Below are positions 1-7,345 of a stretch of 12,038 nt of DNA, one piece after another (positions within the stretch are counted from its first letter, which is position 1; every line of letters starts with the position of its first letter). Source of the stretch: a virus (Duplodnaviria > Heunggongvirae > Uroviricota > Caudoviricetes); the IMG/VR virus record IMGVR_UViG_2568526312_000023; one strand, 5' to 3'. Under the pieces are notes generated by a model. It was not told where the DNA came from. It did no database searches and was given only the letters and a program-made list of their open reading frames with translations. Position numbers and translations under genes: made by a program.

Positions 1-14
1 GCCTGGAACCTCAT

Positions 15-1676
15 TCACACCCCGCTAAATTCTTCCAGTTTCTGGCGGTGGCTGTCGCTTATATCAAAAGCAAAATCCTCATGCTCTGCCTGGAATGTAC
101 CAAACGCCATCAGCGCCGCCACGCTCGGGTCTATCTTGTTCGGTGATTTTTTCTTGTTCGGCTTGATATTGGCGTTCGCGTCACTCTGCATCACGACGTT
201 ACTCATCGACCAGGACAACACCGGATCGCCACGATGCACAATCACCCTGCGGTTAACAAAAACTTCGAACGATTTCGCCGCCGGACTGAATCTGAGGTAG
301 GTTTGCGGGAACGGCTCCACCTCAAAACCTGCCCCCTGTAATTGCGTTCTGAGATGCGTGGCGTTCCACGTATCAAAGCCCACCAGCCTGATATTAAATT
401 TCTCCGCGTCCTGCATGATGTCATCTCTGATCCGGTCGTAATCAATGCAGTCGCCAGGTGTTGTGCGTATCCAGCCTGCTTTAGCCCACTGACGATAGAC
501 AGCGCGGTTTTTATTGGCGGGGTTCTGTAGCTGGAACTCCGGCAGATAATGACGGGAAACCAGCATAATGGTTTTACCTACCGGAAAGGCATAGCACACG
601 CTGGAAATATCGCTTGTGGATGATAAATCCAGCCCCGCGTAACACTCCTGGCCGTGTAAATCTTCCTCCGTGAACGTTCCGGCACACTCAGCCCATGCGC
701 CGTTACCCATCCACGGGGTAGTCCCCTGACACCAGATATTAAATCGCTTTGTCATCATCTCCACCCACTGCGACGGAATACCCCGCGCTTTCTGGATGGT
801 TGAGGCCAGTTTTTCACGATCCACGGAAACATCAATATTAGGGTTCGCCTTTATCCACATCGCCGGATCATCAACCTCGTTTTCGTCGTCCAGTTCGTAA
901 ATCAGTACAAAAATTGAATCGTTAACCTCTTCGCCGTCCAGGATCTGGCAGCAATAATCATAGTGCTGCTTACAGGCTGAAACGACGTTGCTGCCTGATG
1001 TGGTAATGGCAAATAACAGCCCTTCGGGACGTGCGCCCATCCCCAGCTCAAGCGCGGAATAAACGCCGTTATCGGGGTGCAAGTGGTATTCGTCCACGAT
1101 GGAAAGGCTGGGGTTTGTTCCCTCGATGGTTGCCGCTTTTGCTGCCAGCGGCTTTAACAGGCTGTTGCTTTTCGGGTGTATCACCTTATGCGCCTGAATA
1201 TTCACCCGCCTGCGTAACGGTCGGGATAAAAGGCACATCTGACGCGCATCATCAAAGACGATCCGCGCCTGGTCACGGCTCACCGCTGCGGTGTAGATAT
1301 CCTGCTGACCGTTCTCCATAATCAGAAACCAGTTAGCCAGAATCGCGGCGGTCGTGGATTTCGCATTTTTGCGCGGCACTTCGATAAAGGCGCTCGTATA
1401 TTTGCGCCGTCCGGTGGCCTTAACCTTAAAGCCGAGGATGCACGCAAAGGCGAACTGCTGCCACGGCTCCAGCTCAATGGGTCTGCCACGCATCGGTCCT
1501 TTTACGTGCGGGCACACCCTGGAAAAGGCAATAAACCGCTCCACAACCTCACGATCGAACGTGTAAAGGGGGCTTTTAAGGTCCGAAAAGTACCGTTTAA
1601 CAGCCTGTTTTAACCGTTTACAGGCCGGAATTTTGCCCGTTTTTACGTCTTCTGCGTACTTATTCCAGGCGGTCAA
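15..1676 (-). CDS. terL: Terminase large subunit (TerL), HK97-like
   Basis: 553-aa ORF. N-terminal region resembles TerL ATPase domains (FIEVPRKNAKST Walker-A-like P-loop). Probable TTG start at 1674-1676 preceded by AGAGGA Shine-Dalgarno, overlapping the terS 3' end by 17 nt. Stop TGA at 15-17. Confidence 0.88.
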   Translation of the reverse strand: MTAWNKYAEDVKTGKIPACKRLKQAVKRYFSDLKSPLYTFDREVVERFIAFSRVCPHVKGPMRGRPIELEPWQQFAFACILGFKVKATGRRKYTSAFIEVPRKNAKSTTAAILANWFLIMENGQQDIYTAAVSRDQARIVFDDARQMCLLSRPLRRRVNIQAHKVIHPKSNSLLKPLAAKAATIEGTNPSLSIVDEYHLHPDNGVYSALELGMGARPEGLLFAITTSGSNVVSACKQHYDYCCQILDGEEVNDSIFVLIYELDDENEVDDPAMWIKANPNIDVSVDREKLASTIQKARGIPSQWVEMMTKRFNIWCQGTTPWMGNGAWAECAGTFTEEDLHGQECYAGLDLSSTSDISSVCYAFPVGKTIMLVSRHYLPEFQLQNPANKNRAVYRQWAKAGWIRTTPGDCIDYDRIRDDIMQDAEKFNIRLVGFDTWNATHLRTQLQGAGFEVEPFPQTYLRFSPAAKSFEVFVNRRVIVHRGDPVLSWSMSNVVMQSDANANIKPNKKKSPNKIDPSVAALMAFGTFQAEHEDFAFDISDSHRQKLEEFSGV

Positions 1677-2016
1677 GCTCGTCCTCTTCTTCTGTTTCCG
1701 GTGGATTTTTACGGCGGCTTATCGGGTCAAAACCGAGCAAGGAGGCCATTTTTATCATCACTCTTTCCGCGTCGGATTTCGCGCTTAATGCGGGGTTTCT
1801 GCTCTCTCCGCCCTGACTGTTAACAATGCTGAACCCGCGCGCCGCAAGGTCTGCGACGGCTTTCCGGTATATCGAGTAATTGACGCAATACAGTTCCAGA
1901 TTACTCCAGTCGGCGGGAGTCAGGTCACCCCGTTCCGCAAGCTGCCGCGATTTTTCCCGCCACTGCTTCACGGCGATATCATCCAGGTAGGCGGGGGCTT
2001 TCGGTGGTCTTGCCAT
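1660..2016 (-). CDS. terS: Terminase small subunit, P27 family
   Basis: 118 aa. The motif LTPADWSNLELYCVNYSIYRKA...GESRNPALSAKSDAERVMIKMASLLGFDP matches the phage P27-type TerS pattern as I recall it. ATG at 2014-2016 with a weak SD. Overlaps the terL start. Confidence 0.8.
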   Translation of the reverse strand: MARPPKAPAYLDDIAVKQWREKSRQLAERGDLTPADWSNLELYCVNYSIYRKAVADLAARGFSIVNSQGGESRNPALSAKSDAERVMIKMASLLGFDPISRRKNPPETEEEDELDRLE

Positions 2017-2139
2017 GCTTATTTTTTCGCCAGATTATTTTTCAAAAAATTCCCGTGCATAAAAATTTGAGGAGGCGTTCGGTTCTGGGCGGGGTCGGGT
2101 TCGTCCTGAAAACTCCCCCCACCCCGTCCGGCTGCCTCA

Positions 2140-2313
2140 TCAGCGATTGCGGAAACATTCCATAACCTCGCGGTCACGGTCGTTTAATCGCGTCGCTGTG
2201 ATGCGTTCTGCGCGTCCTGATGCTTTATCTTTATGCCCTGCTTCCTGTGCCTTCCATGCGTCACGCTGCCTTATAAGTCCACGGATAAGGCGGTTTTGTT
2301 CCCGCTCATTCAT
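2140..2313 (-). CDS. Hypothetical small basic protein (57 aa) in the HNH-terS gap
   Basis: In-frame ATG at 2311-2313 (alternative ATG at 2320-2322) within the 138-aa track ORF. Translation MNEREQNRLIRGLIRQRDAWKAQEAGHKDKASGRAERITATRLNDRDREVMECFRNR is charged and helix-like. Weak RBS. Start overlaps the HNH 3' end. Confidence 0.25.
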   Translation of the reverse strand: MNEREQNRLIRGLIRQRDAWKAQEAGHKDKASGRAERITATRLNDRDREVMECFRNR

Positions 2314-2746
2314 CAGCGCCATACATCCAGTTATTGCGGTTAGCGCCCCGTTCTTCCTCCTCACGGAATCCACCCGCAGCACGCTTGTTTTTTGTGGACG
2401 GATCAAGCCATTTCGTTTTCTGGTTATGACACGCCTGGCACAATGGCTGATGATTCCACTCAGGCCAGAAGAGAACATCATTACCGCCATCGATTGGGAT
2501 AATGTGATCCACCACCACGGCGGGCGTGTATATTCCTTTTTCCAGGCAATGCGCACATAACGGGTTTTTACTCAGATACATGGCGCGGTATTTCTCCCAC
2601 TGCCTCGTATACCCTCGCTCCCTGCTGCTGCCTCTCCGGCTGTCCTGCTGCTGGCGTGCGCTGCGTCTGTGCTCCTCACACTTGCCGGACTTCACGCGCC
2701 TGTTGCAGCCTGGTTCTGTACATCGTCTTAATGGTTGCCACGGCAT
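2306..2746 (-). CDS. HNH endonuclease (packaging-associated)
   Basis: 146 aa. N-terminal Cys cluster (CTEPGCNRRVKSGKCEEH) plus HNH core (GYTRQWEKYRAMYLSKNPLCAHCLEKG...VDHIIP...WNHQPLCQACHN). Sits immediately upstream of terS/terL, as in HK97-like cos packaging systems. ATG at 2744-2746 overlaps the upstream stop (TGATG). Confidence 0.85.
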   Translation of the reverse strand: MPWQPLRRCTEPGCNRRVKSGKCEEHRRSARQQQDSRRGSSRERGYTRQWEKYRAMYLSKNPLCAHCLEKGIYTPAVVVDHIIPIDGGNDVLFWPEWNHQPLCQACHNQKTKWLDPSTKNKRAAGGFREEEERGANRNNWMYGADE

Positions 2747-3039
2747 CAGTACACCCCCACATCACGGTAAGCCGTCCAGAGTGCGCCAATCGTCATGGGT
2801 ACGTGTGTTTTTGCGTTATCCGCGACAATCTGGCGATTTTCATACAGGTGAGCGATAAACATCATGCAGCCAATCTTTATGGCTGGCGTGAACTCCAGCC
2901 CGTCATCAAAGCGCCTGCCTATGTGTATCTGGCACGCCTCAAGCGATGCGGCAATGTATCCGCTGATTAACTGGTCTTCATCGTCGCCATCGATGCGGCA
3001 ATGGAGTTTCACTTCTTCCAGGGTGATAAGTTCTGTCAT
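2746..3039 (-). CDS. Head-tail connector protein, gp6-like
   Basis: 97 aa. N-terminus ITLEEVKLHCRIDGDDEDQLISGYIAASLEACQIHIGRRF resembles the gp6-like head-tail connector family pattern. ATGA overlap with the upstream gene. Confidence 0.72.
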   Translation of the reverse strand: MTELITLEEVKLHCRIDGDDEDQLISGYIAASLEACQIHIGRRFDDGLEFTPAIKIGCMMFIAHLYENRQIVADNAKTHVPMTIGALWTAYRDVGVY

Positions 3040-3374
3040 TTTTCCGCGCCCTCACTACAAAGAATTTCAAGGCGTGTCCTGGCGGCATCTGGCAGCGGTT
3101 GCCCGATGATATTCAGTACACGCCCCGCCAGCGGCCCCGTATTGACCTTTATCCGACTGGTGGCGTTGATGTCCTTCCGGTAGCGTATCCATATCCTTAC
3201 AGTTCCAGTCGCCAGCTCTGCACCTGATGAAATGGCCTCCTTGCTGCTGATCATGTTCACGCTTGCCCAGAGTGTGTGACCGTCCACCCACGTTTCGAGT
3301 ATTTCGCCCGTCATGGCTCTGGTCTGTTTCAGGGTCTGAATCGTTACCCTGTCACGCAGTCGCCCTATGTTCAT
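3036..3374 (-). CDS. Head closure / head-tail joining protein
   Basis: RDRVTIQ...W..LWASV...IWIRYRKDI...RI pattern typical of HK97 gp9-type head-tail joining proteins. Preferred start is ATG at 3372-3374 (ATGA overlap with the portal stop, AGGGAG upstream). The track ORF extends to 3416 with an alternative ATG. Confidence 0.72.
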   Translation of the reverse strand: MNIGRLRDRVTIQTLKQTRAMTGEILETWVDGHTLWASVNMISSKEAISSGAELATGTVRIWIRYRKDINATSRIKVNTGPLAGRVLNIIGQPLPDAARTRLEILCSEGAEK

Positions 3375-4582
3375 TCCGGTTTTTCTCCCTCGCTGATTTT
3401 TACTTCCTGTTTCCATGCCTGGCTGAACTCATCACCACCATCACGCGGTGACAGTCCTTCACGTTCGCGGGCTTCGTTCGGACACATAACGCCGGATTTG
3501 ATGCCGCGCTCATAGGTGGCAAAGCGTTCGCCAGGTGTGGCCCGTAACAGGTCCGCGCTGTCAAACTCCACCTGATACCGGATACCAGGTACAGGCGAGG
3601 CCACCAGCAGGGCGTTTTTTATCTGCTGCTCAAAGTTCGCCAGCCACGGGCGCATCGTCATGGTGAGAAATGCGCGGCTTGCCTCGCTGAAATTGCTGTA
3701 GGTGCTGTTGCTGTATTCCTGCAAAAAAATCGGCGAGACGTTGAACATTCGGGCGATGTCTTCAATGGTGAAGCGACGGGAGGCCAGCCATTCAGCATCC
3801 TGATTACTCATGCCCAGCTGCTGATAGCTCATACCCCCTTCAAGGATGGGCGTTTTTCCGGCGTTTCTGGCCCCTTTGTAGCGTTCCAGTGCGGCTAATG
3901 CCTGTTTGCCCTTCACGCCGTCCAGCCATTCGCCTGACGTGATAACCCCTGCCGCCATCATGCCATCACGCATCACGCTCGCGCCGTGGCGTTGTTGGGC
4001 CAGCCCAAGCCCCAGCGATTCGCGGCAAATGGTTACAGGTGAGCGCCCCATAAAACCGTCATCCGTGGAGTAACGAAGGTGGAGAACCTCCCACGGTAAA
4101 TAGTTGCGGGTGTTTCCGGTGTAAGCGTCAGTGATGCAGTAGCGCCAGTTGTGTTCTCCTGTCTGCTCCACGTTCACCGACTGCGGCGGGTAAGGATGTA
4201 AAGCCGCCGGAAAACCATCACGCCCCCACTGAATCACCGCGTAAGCATTACCGTTTAACAGGCAGTGGCGGATCATCATTCGCTTAAACTGGTAGGGAGT
4301 CTGCCACGCGTTCGGGCGCTCGTTGAGGATGTGATCGACCGGATGAGAATCAAGCCACTCTCGGGCCTCCTTCCCCTTCTCATTGCGTACCAGGTACAGG
4401 TAACACGGCATGGTAGCCACCGCCTCAGAGATGACCGTGACGGCGTTCATGACGGCGGGCAGTGATTCCGCTGTCCCCGATGATACGTACTCACCCGCCC
4501 CCGTGTTCGATGTGCCAGCCAGCGCCATAAACTCATCAAGCGTCATGCTGCGCTGCTCTTTTTTTCTTCTGAAAGGCCACAT
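3371..4582 (-). CDS. Portal protein, HK97 family
   Basis: 403 aa. Contains ESLPAVMNAVTVISEAVATMPCYLY and RRFTIEDIARMFNVSPIFLQ, which I recognise as HK97-type portal signatures. ATG at 4580-4582 preceded by GGGGGTG SD. Confidence 0.88.
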   Translation of the reverse strand: MWPFRRKKEQRSMTLDEFMALAGTSNTGAGEYVSSGTAESLPAVMNAVTVISEAVATMPCYLYLVRNEKGKEAREWLDSHPVDHILNERPNAWQTPYQFKRMMIRHCLLNGNAYAVIQWGRDGFPAALHPYPPQSVNVEQTGEHNWRYCITDAYTGNTRNYLPWEVLHLRYSTDDGFMGRSPVTICRESLGLGLAQQRHGASVMRDGMMAAGVITSGEWLDGVKGKQALAALERYKGARNAGKTPILEGGMSYQQLGMSNQDAEWLASRRFTIEDIARMFNVSPIFLQEYSNSTYSNFSEASRAFLTMTMRPWLANFEQQIKNALLVASPVPGIRYQVEFDSADLLRATPGERFATYERGIKSGVMCPNEAREREGLSPRDGGDEFSQAWKQEVKISEGEKPE

Positions 4583-4583
4583 A

Positions 4584-5141
4584 TCACACCCCCGCTAAAT
4601 CCGCCCACCAGCGGCGATTATCCGCACGAGGCATTTTTTCAGGGTGCTGCTCATACAGGGAACGGCGGGCCAGCTCCACGCCGGAATCAGGGTAAGCCGG
4701 TACGGATGTCACGGTAATTTCGTACAGTTCCGCTATCAGTACAGTACGCACACATGGATCGACTGTCGTATCCCATACATCCTTACGGGAACGAAAGCCA
4801 AAGCTCATGCCCGAGATGTCACCACGTTTAACCAGTTCGATAACGTCCCGCCCTGTGCTGGTATCCGGTGGGATCAGTTCAAAACGTAACCCTGTGTCAT
4901 CCTCTTCCAGTCTCAGCGTACCGGAACGGGTGCGCCCCAGTAACATGCTGTGGTCATGCTCATACAGGCCGCGAACGTCATTACCCACCGCAAGCCATTC
5001 AGTAAACGCCCCCCGCTGGAATTTTTCGTAAAATTCGCCCCATAGCAGTTCTGAAAGGTTATCCCAGCGAACAACGTAGCCCGTAAGCGTGTTGCTGCCG
5101 CTGGTGGTGATTTCCGATGACCGGATTTCCATACTCATCAT
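4584..5141 (-). CDS. Prohead maturation protease, HK97 family
   Basis: 185 aa. GYVVRWDNLSE...GAFTEWL...GLYEHDHSMLLGRT...DTSTGRDVIELVKRGDISGMSFGF matches the HK97 prohead protease family pattern. ATG at 5139-5141 with AGGTGA SD. Confidence 0.88.
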   Translation of the reverse strand: MMSMEIRSSEITTSGSNTLTGYVVRWDNLSELLWGEFYEKFQRGAFTEWLAVGNDVRGLYEHDHSMLLGRTRSGTLRLEEDDTGLRFELIPPDTSTGRDVIELVKRGDISGMSFGFRSRKDVWDTTVDPCVRTVLIAELYEITVTSVPAYPDSGVELARRSLYEQHPEKMPRADNRRWWADLAGV

Positions 5142-5164
5142 AATTTTTTCACCTGTAAAACAGA

Positions 5165-5186
5165 GAAGGGGCTTTTTAGCCCCTTC
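5165..5186 (-). terminator. GC-rich hairpin between capsid and protease genes (possible partial terminator/attenuator)
   Basis: Perfect 8-bp stem GAAGGGGC/GCCCCTTC with a 6-nt loop, 9 nt after the capsid stop. On the minus strand it is followed by CUCUGUUUUA, a U-containing but imperfect tract. Confidence 0.35.
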
Positions 5187-5195
5187 GGTGTGCTG

Positions 5196-6353
5196 TTAAT
5201 CGTCGTCCTGCGGCAGTTCCAGAATCTTTATAGCGTTCGAATCCACCACGCCACCGCCTAAATATTTCTGCGTGAAAATTTTGATAAAGCCCGGCTCTGT
5301 GAGGTTGTCCGGTCTGGTGCGAACACCTGTTTCGTGATCAACAATGTAGTAACCGCGTTTGAAGTCACCCAGGGCAATAACGTTATCAGGCATAAACTCC
5401 AGATATTCGACCGGAAGGCCCAGCAACGTATCAGGATCACCCGCCTGTAAACGGTCGCGCCAGATGTAATCACCGTTCGCGTTCTTCACCTTCTGGAGTT
5501 TTGCCGCCGTCGTGGAGTTAACCACCCAGACCGCGTTTTTGCGGTATTTTTTACGTAATGCAAATTTCAGGTCGATCAGCGGGTCCGCAGATGTCCACGC
5601 CAGAGATTCGGAAGGTTTAATTACCTGCAACGTACCAAAATCACGCTCTTTGTCGTTCTTCTCTGCACGGGGTACGGATAAAAAACCTTTTGCTTTTTTG
5701 TCACCGTCGCCCACAACCAGATCGCTTTCTTCGGTTTCCGTGAAGGTGTCGCCAATCTCGCCCGTCAGCCATGAAAGGATGTCCACATCGGAAAAATCCA
5801 CGATTTCCTGCGTGGTGCGCGGGTACGCATAGACCGGATACAGCTTAATGCTCACCTCGTTAATCTGCGGGGTGCTGGTCTGTTCGCGTGCCTTACCCTC
5901 TTCACCGTGGTTAACGGTCGCACCGCCAGCGGAAACAAGCTGCTTAAACTCGTTGCTGCTGATTTTCTTCACGGTACAGATGCGGCGCATGGTGGATTCA
6001 TCCGTCAGCATTCGCATGATTTCGGTGTTCAGTTCGGGGATAACGGTATAACCACCATCAGCGGGAACGCCTGTACTCAATGCGCGGGTTTCACCTGTCA
6101 GAATGTAGTGACGTAGTTCGGCGGGGTCAGTGGTCTGGCTGTTTTTGCCTGGTTTACTGCGCTCTTCGTCAGCAACGGCCTCAAGGCGGGAGATGTCTTT
6201 ATCGAGGGATTCAGCTTTAGCGCGTAATTCGTCAAATTTTGCGCCCTCAGCATCGTTAAGGCTGCGGTTTTCTTTTTCCGCGTTCTCCAGCATGTCGCGC
6301 ATCTGATTTTTAATGGCGGTTTTCTGCTGGCGTAATTCGATTATTCTCGGCAT
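5196..6353 (-). CDS. Major capsid protein, HK97 fold, with N-terminal coiled-coil delta (scaffold) domain
   Basis: About 385 aa from ATG at 6351-6353 (MPRIIELRQQK...). The first ~70 residues are a charged coiled-coil typical of a delta domain; the rest has HK97-like capsid character. The track ORF extends to a GTG at 6401, but that start would place a terminator-like hairpin inside the coding sequence. Confidence 0.88.
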   Translation of the reverse strand: MPRIIELRQQKTAIKNQMRDMLENAEKENRSLNDAEGAKFDELRAKAESLDKDISRLEAVADEERSKPGKNSQTTDPAELRHYILTGETRALSTGVPADGGYTVIPELNTEIMRMLTDESTMRRICTVKKISSNEFKQLVSAGGATVNHGEEGKAREQTSTPQINEVSIKLYPVYAYPRTTQEIVDFSDVDILSWLTGEIGDTFTETEESDLVVGDGDKKAKGFLSVPRAEKNDKERDFGTLQVIKPSESLAWTSADPLIDLKFALRKKYRKNAVWVVNSTTAAKLQKVKNANGDYIWRDRLQAGDPDTLLGLPVEYLEFMPDNVIALGDFKRGYYIVDHETGVRTRPDNLTEPGFIKIFTQKYLGGGVVDSNAIKILELPQDDD

Positions 6354-6390
6354 AAAAAAAGTCCTGAAGTTAAGTAAGGAACTCCAGGAC
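6354..6390 (-). terminator. Intrinsic-terminator-like hairpin abutting the capsid start codon
   Basis: Minus-strand RNA reads GUCCUGGAGUU-CCUUACUU-AACUUCAGGAC followed by UUUUUUU then AUG. The 11-bp stem has one G-U pair and an 8-nt loop. The capsid SD (AGGAC) lies in the 3' arm of the stem. Confidence 0.5.
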
Positions 6391-6442
6391 GCGGCAAACA
6401 CTCAACCGTTTTTCATAAGGAAATCAGCAATCGCACCGATCG

Positions 6443-6492
6443 TTTTCCCGCCTGGTAATGAATATTGGCGAGCACATTAACAGGCGGGAAAG
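6443..6492 (-). promoter_or_regulatory. Long inverted repeat in the late leader (RNA stem-loop or dimeric-regulator site)
   Basis: Perfect 11-bp inverted repeat TTTCCCGCCTG (6444-6454) / CAGGCGGGAAA (6481-6491), extended by TAATG (6456-6460) / CATTA (6475-6479) after a single mismatch. Central loop about 14 nt. Confidence 0.4.
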
Positions 6493-6610
6493 TGGCCCCA
6501 GCGTCCTGGCACCACGGGCGAGAATAATCATGATTCAGTTCGGGTAAAATATGCCGATCCGGTCAGCGAACAACGTGGAACAACCACGAACAAATAATTT
6601 ACAAAACATG

Positions 6611-6633
6611 ACAAAAAGCCGGATTGCTCCGGC
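6611..6633 (-). terminator. Putative rho-independent terminator after the PerC-like gene
   Basis: Minus-strand GCCGGA-GCAA-UCCGGC hairpin (6-bp GC-rich stem) followed by UUUUUGU, beginning 8 nt after the TAA stop at 6641-6643. Confidence 0.45.
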
Positions 6634-6640
6634 TGTGTGA

Positions 6641-6913
6641 TTATCTGTCCTGGTAATTTCGCCATATTTCATCACCAGCACCATCCATACCCATTTCGGC
6701 ATAAGTGCGATCGACCGCCTTTTTCAGGTCTCCGTAATTATCCGGCGGCTCCGGTGGCCTCTGTGCCTTCCTGGAACATTCCAGCCGTCGCATCGTAACC
6801 TGATGCCGTTCCTTGTCTGTCTCCACCAGTTGCATGACTTCACCCCATCGCGCCGACGCTCTCCGGTAAAAGCCTTTCGCCTCCAGTTCTTCCGCTATGC
6901 GGTCATGTACCAT
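6641..6913 (-). CDS. PerC-family-like small transcriptional activator (putative late-gene activator)
   Basis: 90 aa from ATG at 6911-6913 (GGGGTGGGGA SD). N-terminal DRIAEELEAKGFYRRASARWGEVMQ resembles the PerC/Pch family motif (..LE.KG.WRRAA.RW..) as I recall it. Located directly upstream of the head operon leader. Confidence 0.55.
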   Translation of the reverse strand: MVHDRIAEELEAKGFYRRASARWGEVMQLVETDKERHQVTMRRLECSRKAQRPPEPPDNYGDLKKAVDRTYAEMGMDGAGDEIWRNYQDR

Positions 6914-6925
6914 CGTCCCCACCCC

Positions 6926-7336
6926 TCAGAACGGAATATCATCACCGTAAGGGTCATCGCCTCCCGCTGGTGGCTGATTACCCTGTGTGCCTGTGGTCTT
7001 GCGTCGGCTCCCACCAGGACGTGCCGCACGGGCACTGATTACGCTGTCTGCAATAACCTGATAACCCTGCCGCGTTTCCCCGTTCTGTCCGGTCCACTGG
7101 CTGACCTGCATCGTGCCGGATACGCTGGCAACGTCGCCTTTTTGATGTTTAGCCAGGAAGTCGGCCTGCTTACCAAATGCGATGACCGATAGCCATAACG
7201 TCGCCTGTCCATCCTGTGCCTGGCTGCATGGCAGCGATACCGCCATACGCGCCAGCGTCATCGGTGTACCCTTGCTGGTCTGTTTTACCTGCGGGTCGTC
7301 CACCAGCCGCCCGTAAGCTGCAATTTGTGCTGTCAT
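6926..7336 (-). CDS. ssb: Single-stranded DNA-binding protein (SSB-like)
   Basis: 136 aa. Gly/Pro-rich linker and an acidic C-terminal tip ending DDPYGDDIPF, matching the canonical SSB C-terminal D-D-D-I-P-F tail. N-terminal region compatible with an OB fold. ATG at 7334-7336 with GAGGTG SD. Confidence 0.75.
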   Translation of the reverse strand: MTAQIAAYGRLVDDPQVKQTSKGTPMTLARMAVSLPCSQAQDGQATLWLSVIAFGKQADFLAKHQKGDVASVSGTMQVSQWTGQNGETRQGYQVIADSVISARAARPGGSRRKTTGTQGNQPPAGGDDPYGDDIPF

Positions 7337-7345
7337 ATTGCCACC

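Noticed and set aside
342-1566. Plus-strand ORFs of 62, 96 and 70 aa inside terL
   Set aside because: They are antisense to a strongly supported TerL frame, have no RBS and give Arg/Pro/Cys-rich translations typical of noncoding frames.
2069-2075. Strong GAGGAGG Shine-Dalgarno-like sequence on the plus strand
   Set aside because: No ATG, GTG or TTG start follows at suitable spacing in any plus frame. It is treated as part of the cos-like region.
2140-2560. Overlapping 138-aa (minus) and 137-aa (plus) ORFs across the HNH gene
   Set aside because: Both overlap the well-supported HNH frame in alternative frames or antisense. Only the short 3' portion of the minus ORF (2140-2313) is kept, as a low-confidence candidate.
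6399-6401. GTG at 6401 as the capsid start
   Set aside because: It would put the terminator-like hairpin and U-run inside the coding sequence and has no SD. The ATG at 6351-6353 starts the coiled-coil delta domain and has an AGGA 8 nt upstream.
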